A stretch of DNA of 64,000 nt, taken from NCBI RefSeq assembly GCF_000002075.1, contig NW_004797365.1:63195-127194 (forward strand), read 5' to 3'. Source of the stretch: Aplysia californica (lineage: Eukaryota). Every line of letters begins with the position of its first letter. Positions within the stretch are counted from its first letter, which is position 1. The translations under genes and the position numbers were made by a program. A model generated the notes under the pieces. The model ran no database searches, was not told the DNA's origin, and was given only the letters and a program-made list of their open reading frames with translations. Of this stretch, positions 1 to 13,782 are shown piece after piece.

Positions 1-919
1 TATATATATCATATATATAAGATACATGATGTATATGACATACACTTGCATATTATACACCTTTCATTAATACAATATTAAAGATATGAACGAAATAACT
101 TTCGCCTCTTTCTTTTTGTATTAAAAGCGAAGAATGAAAACAATACCTGGAGCAGACATGCACCTCCTTCTCGCACTCCCTTTTNNNNNNNNNNNNNNNN
201 NNNNNNNNNNNNNNNNNNNNNNNNNNNNNNNNNNNNNNNNNNNNNNNNNNNNNNNNNNNNNNNNNNNNNNNNNNNNNNNNNNNNNNNNNNNNNNNNNNNN
301 NNNNNNNNNNNNNNNNNNNNNNNNNNNNNNNNNNNNNNNNNCGTGTTGCATAGTACATAGAAGTNNNNNNNNNNNNNNNNNNNNNNNNNNNNNNNNNNNN
401 NNNNNNNNNNNNNNNNNNNNNNNNNNNNNNNNNNNNNNNNNNNNNNNNNNNNNNNNNNNNNNNNNNNNNNNNNNNNNNNNNNNNNNNNNNNNNNNNNNNN
501 NNNNNNNNNNNNNNNNNNNNNNNNNNNNNNNNNNNNNNNNNNNNNNNNNNNNNNNNNNNNNNNNNNNNNNNNNNNNNNNNNNNNNNNNNNNNNNNNNNNN
601 NNNNNNTCATACACTGAAAATCACAAACATTACGAAATTGCAGGTGTCATCTTTACACCGCTAAAAAAAACCCAAACATTTTCTTGTGTTGCAGCATTGC
701 ACAATATTCCTGTCTAAATCACTCCCCCTAATCCCCCCTTGTCCCCCCCCCCTCCTTAAACACACATATGAACGAATGAAAACTTACTGTTTGAAACGCT
801 TGACTGTATTATGACGAAAGAAGCTCTAAGGTAATAAAAGAGTGCAGAAACCTAAGCGCCTTCAACAATACACTAGCAATCTAAACCCCGCAGTTTCAAC
901 GACTGAGACCAACTGTGAA

Positions 920-921
<2 letters not shown>

Positions 922-982
<61 letters not shown>

Positions 983-996
983 CGTGTGTGTGTGTG
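922..996. repeat. (TG)n microsatellite
   Basis: Direct reading. Confidence 0.95.
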
Positions 997-2374
997 AAAG
1001 AGGGAAATAGAAAGAGAGGGAAGGAAATAGATCTACGGAACGAAAGAGAGAGGCAGGGGAACTGAGAAGGAGGAACTGCTTTAGGGATATATGGGCGTGG
1101 GGGAGGGGTGAGGAATGGAGAGGGAGTCAGAGATACGTATCTGAATGGAGACTGAGATAGACACAAAGAGAGAGAAAGACAGACGTACAAACAGGCTGGC
1201 AGTCAGACAGATAGACAGATATACACACAAACAAACGCACAGACAAGTAGATCTAGACTGGCAGACAAACAGACAGAAATACAGGTAGTTAAAAGTCAAA
1301 CAATAGCTGCGATATTCAGATGGAGATTGAGTGGGCGGGGAGGGCTAGAAAATGAACGGGAGGATCTTAGAGACAACACTAACCCCCCCCCCCCCCCCCC
1401 AAATCCCTGCACTAACTTCACTCCCCTAGATAAGTTAACTGAAATATCTAGAGGCAAAGACACAGATGTGGTCTGCCCGAAGCATCAATTCTGTTTCTCT
1501 GTCTGCCCTTTTATTTGTCTCTCTCTCTATTCTGTCTGTCCGTTTGTCTGTCTACTCGTCTGTCTCACGGTCTGTCTGGCTGCTTGCCTCTCTATCGTTC
1601 TTCTTACATAATAACGAACACCCACATACAAGGACACAACGCATTCTGTCAGCCTTTTTCTCCAAAGCTCTATCCATATCTCCATAAAAATATCTCCTTC
1701 CTTTCTCATCTTTTCGCCTCTCTCTTTGAACGGTATTCAAAGATCCTCACCCTGCCTCTCCTTCTGCATTTCAAAGTAACATTGTTTGAATCCCCACTCT
1801 TTCATTTAGAAAAGTGTGTGTGTGAGCAGGGGCGAAGGCTGACTTGTTTGACAGGGTAATCAAAGTGAGTCAGGACCAGATAGGGTCTGGAGATATCCCA
1901 CTCACACAAGTCACAAGAATCTAACTGGAGGCGGCAACTCTGAGTTGTGAAATGTGAATGAAAACAAATCCTGAATTCGTGTTGTATGCATATTCAACCG
2001 CTAAAATAATCGGGAAAGTATTTCATTAAATATTTATTTTACCTAACCTTAAATTTAACTTTAGATTTGAATAGACGAACACCAAGGAAAGAAGCAAAGA
2101 TGTCAGTACTACAATGGCATGTTATACCAGACAGTCTAAACACTTTGGTAGAGCATGCGAATTATAAATTTTTTATTTCACATTTGCCTGGTTTTTATCT
2201 AGCTTTTCGCGGCCAGTAGACGGAGTCATAATCGAGGTCACGATCTGATTATAGGACGTTAAAAAGTCGAGAAANNNNNNNNNNNNNNNNNNNNNNNNNN
2301 NNNNNNNNNNNNNNNNNNNNNNNNNNNNNNNNNNNNNNNNNNNNNNNNNNNNNNNNNNNNNNNNNNNNNNNNNN

Positions 2375-2408
<34 letters not shown>

Positions 2409-5307
2409 GCGTGCGCGCGCGCGTGAACGTACTCTCACGAATGACTAGCAAAAATTGTTTTTAAATGATTTAGATACAGTTTATTACAATAACCGGTGGG
2501 TACGTACAATTCAATCCTGCCAGTTTTAACATTAAAATTTATTCGCGAACGACTTGAATCCGCCGATTTCTTTAACAATCGCGAAAATCGAAAATTAAAG
2601 TAACGCACGTAAGAAACAACAACAACAAAGCCAAACAACAAAAAACAAGCCCCTCCCCCTCCCCAACAAAAAGATAATGTACAGCAATTTGCGTGGGCCA
2701 GCAACATATCTCAAATTATATATCGAACAAAAATCTATATCAAACAGGTATTTGATGGCACTGAGTATAAAATGCACTCAATCCCTCTTACTTAACCAAA
2801 AAAATGTATTCTGCTGCCCGTCTGTTTTATTTGGTCCTTCTTTCTGTTTCTTTGACTACGGTATCTATATTAATATTATCTGCCCTTCAACTTTCTCTTC
2901 TTCGAGGTCTTCCAAAAATGATTCTCACATCGTTATTGCAAGTGAGCAATTTTTTTTCAGAACAGTTTGTTTGGAATGAACTTGGTCCCCGGTGCGGAGG
3001 CACGTGAGTATCTCGCAAAGTACTCTATTTATGATCTCAAACACAAGTACAAAACCACACGGCTTTGATTTTTAAGCCTCTTCTGTTTACCCATCAGCGC
3101 ACGATCCACGCGGGTCTCCTCATTGAATTATATTAACACACAAGATTCACACACAGCACCACGTGGTAAGTACATACCATTAACTTAGTTCGACATGCAC
3201 TTATACGTAGCAGCCTTTAAAGCCCCCAAGAACCCGGGGTGAACAAACGATTATGTATGAAATTTGCAGGCAGTGTATACAAGACGACTCCATAAAGTTT
3301 CGTAAACACAAAACAGCGAATTTGTTGTAAAGACATTAAGAGGAGAAGATTACTTTTCACGGCCTTGCGCAATGACAACAAGTTTGGCTTTCGTTGATGT
3401 TCCGACACGCGATAGGCTTGTAATTAGCAAGTGTTAAAGCTCGGAACATTTTCTCCAGTTTCTTATAATTTCGCTGAGCCGAGACCCGGGGCATCTCCGA
3501 GCGAGGCGGGGGATCAAAACGTTCGCTGCTGGATCTCTCCAAAACTCGGCTGGTCTGTAGATTCACTCGGTGTGCCTATGTAAACGTTAGTGTTGTTCTT
3601 ACCGCCAACTGCTAAGAGATGAGGAAGTGCTCGAAAGCTAGAAGGTCTCGACGTACATCGCTAGTCGTGCTCTCATTGGCTACGATGGCAGAGGGATACA
3701 ATTACCGCACGGAGGAAAGACCAGGAAAGACCGGGAAAGACCGGGAAACAGGCAAGAAAAGACAGAGGAAGACTTGAAGAATCGCGCCAGGAACTGCGCT
3801 GTCAACCTAGCGGGTAGTCCAAAGTCGTATATTTTGTGAGCAAACCGTTTCCGAAAGATAGAGGGCCTAGCAAAGGATTTGCCGGCGATAATCTTGAATA
3901 ACAGAATCCTGATAGGGTAAAGGTCAGGTGAGCGACTGGTCCACGGAGGCTGATTGGCATCTCATAACGTGTGTGGTCTAAGGCGCTGTTCTGATCAATG
4001 CTTTTGATTCTGCTATCACTTCTTCTGAAACCCACGCGTTATGCTGGGATTTAATCTAAATTAGGATACCATTAATAATATCAGCATCAGCTTTCGATAT
4101 AGAAGATATAGTCTTATCAACACGGGTGTTTGGTATTTTCGTCTCTACTTTTAAAAAAAACACGCAAAATAAAAAAACGGAGAAAAAAAACAATTTTGTC
4201 TTAAAAGGCAGATCTTTTGTTTAACTTTTGGAACGAGAATGCAACTTCGTTCTCAGTGCAAGTACAAGGAGGATTACAAATGTGAACTGGCCACTCCCCT
4301 GGCACATCCCGAACTCACTGACAACATTGAGTTTACGCTGGAGTCAAACAAACTTAACCAAGTGTCTGAAACTTTTTCAGAAAGTTGTGTGGTCAAAACA
4401 GGCGAGGAAGGGTAATATGGTCCCAAAGAAAGCTGTTCTTACGAAACTCTTGGAGATATTTTGTTTTGCTTTCGGTTTTTCCCCTGTGAAATTTGACTAA
4501 TTACGAAAGGTAAACAAAGTGGGAAAACACTCTTTGATAAAGGACACCGGAATCTTCAGCCTTAGTTTATTATTGTTCAAGCTTGGCATTTTTCCGAGCA
4601 AAATCTTCCTCCCTGATTTGCTGTGATCCCATCTGACAACGAGAACACTTCCTTTAGTAAACAAAATAATTTTGACATTTTTATCTCGGCTAGACACGCA
4701 TGCGTGAAAAGGTCAAGAAAAGCCAGCAATAAAGTAAACACCAGGAGAAGATTATCCCCCCTCCCCAACACAGAGGTCTTTGCCAGGGTCCTGTGTTTTC
4801 TTAAAGCAGTCAAATAAATTTTGCAGCCATCAACGTGGCTAATTACCACCCGGGCTCTCTCGGCATCTGATGTCCGAGATCCGAAAATGCGTGTTGATCC
4901 CGACCAAGGGGGGCTAACTATGCGGAGTGTGTGCGGAGGGTGCACGGGAACCTTTAGCGCGTGGCCTGCACGATCCACCTCCGTCCTTGGCTTATCTTTG
5001 CCATCTTCTCAAAGCTGATTGCTAATCAGGGAAAACGAAGACAGTTCTGCCCACATTCTAAATCTAAGGGAGCAAAGGTCACTTCAATGTGCCCCTCCTC
5101 CTCCCCATCTAATATCCACAAGTTCCTCCCATTTCTTTTATTATTTTTTTCTTTGAGATTAAAAATATGTTATATTATGCTCCCATAGACACGGCGTAGG
5201 TCAGTTAAGAGGCGGGCTGTTTCGACTCTTCTATGAGGGCCAACCCAGGCTGAGTGTGATACACAATCCCAACAGACTCACACGGGAACTCACTACAAAA
5301 TGTAATT

Positions 5308-5380
5308 CTTCACCCGTGAATTGAACTCACGTCTTTTGTGTGGAACGACGAAGAGCCCAGCGATGACACCACTGTGGTAC
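5308..5380 (-). mobile_element. tRNA-like SINE head remnant
   Basis: Minus strand AGTGGTGTCATCGCTGG...GAGTTCAATTC, with A/B-box spacing. Confidence 0.45.
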
Positions 5381-5744
5381 TGGTAGCTTTTACTTTTCAA
5401 TGGACAAGGTTTGGTTGATAGTTGAGTGCAACTGGGCATTTGACGACGAGCTTGAAATACACGCTCCAAGTTTACGACGTGAATCCGAGTGGATCAAGAA
5501 TAAGTCTAAATCTTTATAAAACACTTTCTTGTTCCGCTTTGTCCATGCAAACTGTAGCTGTTGTAAAACATTAACGCTCCCATCAACAAAATTTAGATAC
5601 TTCAAATTTACATAACATGTTGAAGAGATGACTGCTTAGACCATGCCTGTCAGTGCACACCTCAGTCGTTCCTGATGTATCTAAAAAGAAAGACGGAGAC
5701 ACTCGTTAAAATTTTTCCCTGGCATGGGAATCGAACATCGGTGT

Positions 5745-5745
<1 letters not shown>

Positions 5746-5808
<63 letters not shown>

Positions 5809-6813
5809 TTAATAATAATAATAATAATAATAAGTTGCTTTTATATACCGCATCTCCACAAAGAAGTGCTCAATGCGCAGTTCAATAATACAAATAACAC
5901 ATGCAGCGCACAGCNNNNNNNNNNNNNNNNNNNNNNNNNNNNNNNNNNNNNNNNNNNNNNNNNNNNNNNNNNNNNNNNNNNNNNNNNNNNNNNNNNNNNN
6001 NNNNNNNNNNNNNNNNNNNNNNNNNNNNNNNNNNNNNNNNNNNNNNNNNNNNNNNNNNNNNNNNNNNNNNNNNNNNNNNAGACAATCCCACAAAGCTTAC
6101 CCAGACACCCTCACACACATTGATGAATTCACAGTCATAAATTCTTACAGAACAGAACAGCATGAATAAATGATACTGAGAGAACATAATAGATACTGAG
6201 AGAATATTATAATATTTGTATTGGGAATGTCGGAAATTACAGATTGAAGCTGGACTGAAACAAATTCGTTTTAAGTGCGGATTTAAATTTTGATAAAATG
6301 GTGGACTCCTGGAGATGAGCTGGTAAGGCGTTCCGTGGGGAGGGGGCGTGGTGTGAAAAAGCTCTCCCTACGAGTCTCTGACTTGCTTTGGACAGGTCTT
6401 AAAAGTCTTTTCGTTGCCGATCTTAAAGGCCGAGAAGGTATATATTCGATGTTCATTTCACAAAGATATGATGTTGCAATGTTGTTGACGCACTTAAAAC
6501 AAAGAACAATTATTTTGTTCTGAATTCGTGCTTTCGCCGGGAGCCAATGTAGTTGAATTAGCATTGGTGTTATATGCTCTTTGAGAGATTTCTTCAAAAT
6601 TATGCGAGCAGCTTGGTTCTTAAGTCGCTGTAACCTATTTAACGTTTTTGTAGGAAGGTTTCTAAACGAAGAATTGCAGTAGTCTAGACGTGAAAGGACA
6701 AAAGTAGAGGTGAGGGTTTTGATGGAATCAACACTAAGATATGTTGACATTTGTCCTATTTTGCGTAGTTCTAAATAAATTACTCTACATAGATGGTTTA
6801 TATGATGGTGCAT
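5746..6813 (-). mobile_element. L2/CR1-group LINE, 5'-truncated: end of ORF2, 3'UTR and (ATT)n tail
   Basis: ORF 6283-6813 carries SRLDYCNS...LQRLKNQAARII...HITPMLIQLHWLP...RPLRS. An L2-style tail (GCGCATTGAGCAC...GCGGTATATAAAAGC) at ~5835-5880 runs into the microsatellite. Confidence 0.88.
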
Positions 6814-7560
6814 AGCGTGTGTTCTTTACATCTCAAAAGCCAGTATCTCAGCCCCATGTATTGTAGGAGAGCCAGGGGCTTCGGCTTTAAACTGCCCTAT
6901 TTCTTGTTCTATAAAAAGCTATGACGGCGTGTAGAAATGGCTCTTGGTGCAAAGTTACAATGAACTGTACTTTCACAAAAGCAGTTGTGGGGAAAAAAGC
7001 CGAGGTGGTATTATTTTTAGTACAGTGCTGGAATTGTTTATTTTACCATAACTTTCAAAAAAGAATTGTTTGCCTTGGTCACAAGATAAATCTCTCGAGA
7101 TGACCGGCGTCTGGGTGTAATGGTTAGTTCTTCACCGTGCGTGCAGAATAGGTTATGTTACTTTACTTTTTAAAGAAGGGAACAATCTGGCAAGTCTGTG
7201 GAAATGTATCCCATATAGTCTTGGTAGATCTTGACTGGCAAAGTTGGAGGCTCCTTTAGAATTTGCATTGTATCGATGGTAGCTGAAAGTATGCAGATCC
7301 ATAACTCTAGAAACAGCATCTCCTTCCACCAAAGGCCTCTATAAGTTACGTATTAAGGTATACAAATAAGATATAAAGACACAGCTGATCTTGCCTCCAG
7401 GCAGGGGCGAAGCGTCTATATAATCAAATAATCACTGCTTCCCTTCCTAATTTTGAAACGTTGTCGCTGTCAAATTCACCTCTAAACGTAAACCTCATAA
7501 ATTAAATGTAAAAAGACGTTCATAATCAACAATGAACAGTATGCCTAACATTCAAAAAGG

Positions 7561-7805
7561 TTTCACTGCCACAGAAATAGCCTGCTCACCCCTCTCGGGC
7601 CACTCCATAAGCAGTCACAAGCTTTGATTAAGTAAGCTTAAAGTGAAGCTGGAAGAGTCTACCAATAGAGTTGAAGGGAACATGTCCATAGCAGTCAAAA
7701 TTGTTTCATTGCCACAAATACCCTGTTCATCCCTTTGGGGCCACAGTTATAAGCAGTCGCAAACTCTGATTATGTAAGCTAACTATTACACTGGTCGAGT
7801 CTACC
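7561..7805 (+). repeat. Diverged direct duplication, period ~143 bp
   Basis: 7561-7663 vs 7704-7805 (TTTCA.TGCCACA...GGGCCAC...ATAAGCAGTC...GTAAGCT...GAGTCTACC). Confidence 0.8.
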
Positions 7806-10800
7806 TCACACATGTGAGGGGAACTAACTCCTAACAATCTCTTGACTGCTGCAAGTGCTTGCTTTTTTTCCTCGACGTTTTACCGTCCTATATTCAGATC
7901 ATGACCCCGATTATGACACCGCCTCCTGGCCACGAAAGGCTAAACAGAAACAGCCAAATGTGAAATTTAAAAAAAGGATAATTGTCATGTTCTACCAAAG
8001 AGTTAAACTCACGGGTAGATATATCTAGTACTAACATCTCTGCTTCTTTGCCTTGTGTTTGTGTATTCACATCTAAAGTTACATTTAATTTTAGTTGGAA
8101 TTAATATTTAATAAGATACTTTCCCGATTATTTTGGCAGTTGAACATACAACATGAATTCCGAATTTGTTTTCATTCACAATTCACAACTCAAGAGTTGC
8201 CGCCTCGAGTAAGATTCTTGTGTGATAATAATATATCCAGGCCATATCTGGTCCCGTTTCACTTTGATTACCCTGTCAAACAAGTCAGCCTTCGCCCCTG
8301 CCAGCAAGTCATATCGAACAGAATAAGAATACAGATTCTCGTCTATATTCTTCTTTTGTGAACACCATTCTTTCCACAAAAAAGGGAAGATCAATTTTCA
8401 TCTCAGTTGAAGGCAGCCAAAAACAACGCGTCCCTTAAAAAAACAACAACAATACAACATATTATACTCATCGCACAGACCCTTTATGGTGGCTCGAGAG
8501 TAAATCAAATTTTACATAATATTCAAACTTGTTACGCTGTCTCTAACCATGAAAGTATGGTGCTCCGTGTCTTGGTGAGAGCACGCAAATGACAAGGGTT
8601 CCTTTGGCATCATAATTGACTGAAGAGTGCGAGTGACTCTTGTTCAATTCTCTTACATGTCGTTTGGCCTTGGGACGTTCCAGTTGCTCTCGGTACTTGT
8701 CTCTTTCATTATAAGTGTTTGTTAACTTTGAAGGACGCGAATGAGCTTGAGTCGAAAGTTATCGTCAGTTTTTATAGTTTGTTCTGACCAGAAAATGCAC
8801 CCGTTAAAGACTCTTATTCATAAATCAAATCTTAGATTTTTCTGTCATAACATTTCTCAATCTGTGCTCAAATTCTTGAAAAATCGTGTTGAAAAACCCA
8901 TCAACAGAGTGTATTCTAATTCGTACATAATTCTCCCCCTTGGAGTTTCGTGTTATGAAAAACTACTGAGGATATGCTAACCATAGCTGAAATATTACTA
9001 AAACTCTGCTCATTTTTGTTTGTTTGGCTTCCCACGCTGCACATACTCGCGCATTGATGTTCTTGTGCTACCCAGTAGGCCTACACACAGCAAATCGGAG
9101 TATGTCGAATTCGTTCGAATTAAGTCAGGGCCAGCCACATCAAAATTTTCATCCCTGGAAGGCCAATGCTGCCAACCACTGTGGCTACAATTCAAACGAA
9201 TTCGACCGTGACCACAAAAAACAAAATGCGTTCGGTTTTTTTTAAGGTCGTGAGTCGAACAGGAGGATGTGTATAGTGGGCACGCGGCATGCAGTAAAGG
9301 GCACTGTATATTTGGAGAGGCTGATACTGATAGATCTAGAAAGCTATTTGTAAATTTACATTTTCCATGATTAAACGATTGAAAAACGTCTCAACACAAT
9401 AACCGCGATATACGGCAGTCAGCACTTGTAGTGAACGGTAAATGTTATGTACATTAACACCATGCGCTGGTCAAAGTTTCCTGTTGCTTATCAGATCTGA
9501 CATAACAACGGAAGGGTAGATCTTTTTTCGTAGAGTGCACTGAAGCCGCCATTAATCGACCCGACCCGATCCTATGTGCAGTGGGCACCCGAGGAGTGCT
9601 GTGTTGTTACTAGTAGGTTTTGCTGTAGAGAGTCAAGATCATCCTACTGTACAATGATGGTGTGATGGTTGGCACGATGATCTCTTCGGTGGTAAATATT
9701 TAGAAGAACGAGCTGCCGCGCCATTTAATCAGTTTGTAACAGCATTTATTGTTAAATCAAAATATTTGGACTCTTCCGTAGTTTTAAAAAAAATCTTGCA
9801 AACGGGCACATTCGTTTTAGCTTTGCTTTCTAAATCGATCGGGGTAAAACGTCTTAAATTAGGCAAAGAAAGAAATATGTAGGTCCACCCCTACCCTCGT
9901 CTTCCAATAAGAGCAAAGCAAAAGTTCCAACTCCAGCTGGTCACATCATGTCACAGTGGACATCGGCAGAGTGGCGTGAGGGATATCGCTATACACTTCT
10001 TGCTGTTATAAGATGCATGCCGATTTTAGATTCCAAGAGGGGAAAAAACGAACATAGAGGTTAATGCTACTTTTTATCAGACTTTTTCTGTTAATTGATA
10101 TACAGCGATCCATTTTCTGCCCAATTCATGCTTTTTTCTGAAACGCAAAACATTTAATAAAACAATACTCCAATAGAACCAGGTTGTCGGTTCTTCTTCC
10201 AGAAGAGGGATCTGAAATTTAAGCTCCATATGGTTAAAATCCTTGGCTGATCCTAATTCTGCTTCGTGTATTCATCACCAGGTTGAACGTCAAAATATTG
10301 TCACGGACTCGGATGACGTAGATAGTTTTGGTTGTGACTGTGATTTTCGAAAGTCAACACCTAAGAATTCTCCTACTGAAAAGAATCATCGTCACCAAAC
10401 GTGCGCCAAGCTCATCAAAAGAAGACTTTTACTAGCTCAAGAAGAAGACGTGGCTGGCATGTACCTGGGTCGCTGCTTTGCCGTGACATGATCGAGGGTG
10501 TGACAGGAATTATTGGTATGTGAAAATTAAATTTCACATTTTTAGGAAGGACAAAGTTGATGGACACCTTTCGAGACACAGGGGACATAATGGTCTGCTA
10601 CTGCTATCGGACTTGCATGGGCGCAATAAATTTTCTCTTCTGGGGCCATGTTACTCATATCCCACAACTTTTTTTTTTACTTAGCATTGGGAAGAAACCG
10701 CTTGATAACGTCTCGCTTGTTATGTCTTCGGCGCAGTTCTCCGTTTGTAAACATTTTATGCTCTTCTAGGGCCCAGTTTCGAAAAAAAACAAAAAAACAA

Positions 10801-13782
10801 CAACAACAACAACCCTACAAACAACAAAAACCGCTCCCATCCCAGCCTCGAAACATGGACTCCGAACTGATCTTCTTGAAGAGAGAAAAATCTGACTCCC
10901 CGCCCAAAAAAGCTGAAGTTCTTGGTGGGTTTTTTCCTCAAGAGTATCTGAAAGGATAGTGTCTTGCTGAAGTTATACAGCCCAGTCAGTGATGATGACT
11001 GTAGAAAATAAACTGAAGTACAATGTACATGTAATGTTATAGCCTGAGTCTTATTGTCCTTCCAACACAACATGGATGGTTACAGAAGCACGACCTTCCC
11101 CACCCTCCCCCCATTCTCTTAAGAAATGAATAAAACGGTAATGAATTGTGGTCAACGAGAACATTGAAAACTTTCTCCCCGGCTGATCTGTGAGCTTTGA
11201 TACATCTAAAATTTTAGCCTGACTTTATAGCATAGCGAATCTAAGGTCTTTGCGGTCCGGTGTTTTGAATAAATAATTATCTGGATACGATTTGTAACAT
11301 TTACATGTACACACTCGAATGCCACTGAAAAAAAAAAGAGATAAAATTGCTATTGTCAGCAGCAAGTCTAAACTTAAAGAAAAAAATTTGAAGCAGACAA
11401 TACTGATTTTCAAAAGACGTATTCCTCAGGATGAATGTATGACTCTAACAGTTAGTATTTAGAATGACGCCAAAATTTTCTGCCACACTGCCTTGAATTA
11501 GATCTAAATCTTGATTTATAGACAAAATTATTTCAGCATCATTTCTGGTTCTTGTCAAACAACTGTACAAATGTCAACGCCTGACTGCTTTGCAAAGTTT
11601 GTCAGAGATGACAGTAAGTCACGAAACGTAGTTGTGTTTGTCCGCCTTGTTGCGTGGATAGCTTTTGATTAGTCTACTTGAGTGTTCTCTTATAAGAAAC
11701 ATGTTTACAAACTAGTCGTCATTAAGGACTAACACATTCACGTGCACCATTTTATTACCCTCAGGTCATAAACATTTCTTCCATGAAATTAGAATGTCTT
11801 CCGAAAGCAAACCTCTGTCTCGACTGGCTGACACTTTTGAAAGAATGGACTCTTGTTTCAAAGATCATCCTGTCTGCCGACAAGACTCTAAAAGTGAATA
11901 TTTCACTTTTAAGTCCGTCTGCTTACTTTGTGCTGTAATGTCAATTACCCTGCTCACCCAATAAACGTGGTGTAACTGTAAGTGTAGGGCACTTCGCTTC
12001 AGCACGTAGAAGATGTGGCTTGGATTCTTGAGTGGGGAATGTTTATCTTCTTTTTAAAAAATCTGTAACCTCCGTTTGCCTGCTCAGATGGTGTATCTCG
12101 TTCCGCCCTTGTTAACTATGACAGGCAGAGTCGAAGCAACCCGCCTCCTAAATTATTTAAATTGCTTCAATGGACACCCAAAGCGTTACAACTACTTGTA
12201 CTACTACACTACAGTAGTATTATTACAATGGTTATAAAAGGATAACTAACATAGACCTTGTCTTAGAAACTTGGAAATGGTTGTTGTCTTTTCTTTCTTT
12301 TATTAAACAAAGCCAAAAAGGGCTGAGAATTGTGTCTGGAACTATTCTGTTTGTTTGCTTTTTTAACCAAAATCATTGGCTCAGAAATATCTTTGATGAC
12401 TTGATGTGTAGATGTTAAATCTCTTTTCCACCTTTCAATTTCAAGAGAAATATGCGAGAGTGTATGGGGGTGGGGTGGGGGTGACAGGGAGAAAGATAGA
12501 AAAGACAAGAGAGAGACNNNNNNNNNNNNNNNNNNNNNNNNNNNNNNNNNNNNNNNNNNNNNNNNNNNNNNNNNNNNNNNNNNNNNNNNNNNNNNNNNNN
12601 NNNNNNNNNNNNNNNNNNNNNNNNNNNNNNNNNNNNNNNNNNNNNNNNNNNNNNNNNNNNNNNNNNNNNNNNNNNNNNNNNNNNNNNNNNNNNNNNNNNN
12701 NNNNNNNNNNNNNNNNNNNNNNNNNNNNNNNNNNNNNNNNNNNNNNNNNNNNNNNNNNNNNNNNNNNNNNNNNNNNNNNNNNNNNNNNNNNNNNNNNNNN
12801 NNNNNNNNNNNNNNNNNNNNNNNNNNNNNNNNNNNNNNNNNNNNNNNNNNNNNNNNNNNNNNNNNNNNNNNNNNNNNNNNNNNNNNNNNNNNNNNNNNNN
12901 NNNNNNNNNNNNNNNNNNNNNNNNNNNNNNNNNNNNNNNNNNNNNNNNNNNNNNNNNNNNNNNNNNNNNNNNNNNNNNNNNNNNNNNNNNNNNNNNNNNN
13001 NNNNNNNNNNNNNNNNNNNNNNNNNNNNNNNNNNNNNNNNNNNNNNNNNNNNNNNNNNNNNNNNNNNNNNNNNNNNNNNNNNNNNNNNNNNNNNNNNNNN
13101 NNNNNNNNNNNNNNNNNNNNNNNNNNNNNNNNNNNNNNNNNNNNNNNNNNNNNNNNNNNNNNNNNNNNNNNNNNNNNNNNNNNNNNNNNNNNNNNNNNNN
13201 NNNNNNNNNNNNNNNNNNTGTGTGTGTGTGTGTGCGTGCGCGCGCGCACGGGCGAGTACAAACAACAGTATAATTTCATTTTTACTCATATATTTTAATA
13301 GACTATTCATAGTTTCTCTTTCTTTCCTGAGCACCCGAGTAATTTGTACAACAGCTGTCACTTTCTCTCGGAAGCTCAGCCTCTGACACGTTGAATCGGC
13401 AAGTGGGAGGGGCAACTCTTCAACGCTGCCAGTCACCTCTGGAACTCGGGAGTTTTGGGGCGGAGAATACGGAAACTGGAGTTGGATCAAATTTCGCTTT
13501 ACGGCTTTATAGACGAAGTGTTAGAGATGAAAGAATCTTTCACTTGCCAAGTCAGATAAGAGCATCGGTCCAATAGTTTGCTCTCGAATTTCAGGTAGTA
13601 ATTTATTGTTTTTCTTTTTCAAAAAATTCTTTTTGATAATACAGTTTGTTTTCATAGTTATGAGTGTTAGAGCTTGTGTATTCCCTGGGACAGTATTTCT
13701 TCTCGATTGCTGTGAATAATTTTACATCGCTTTGGTCCTTTTTAAGAACGGGCTGTAATCGTATTTTTTATTTATTTCCACG

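Noticed and set aside
53-664. Long ORFs spanning N runs (also 12263-13490, 16-17 kb, 20.9-21.5 kb, 62.0-62.5 kb)
   Set aside because: Artefacts of gaps and microsatellites.
5200-5245. Minus-strand ...CATAGAAGAGTCGAAAC..., resembling a hammerhead ribozyme core
   Set aside because: It lacks the CUGANGA box and the supporting stems.
8095-8980. Cluster of short ORFs with somewhat coding-like composition
   Set aside because: Hand translation gave no recognisable motif or consistent splice structure. BLASTX would be needed.
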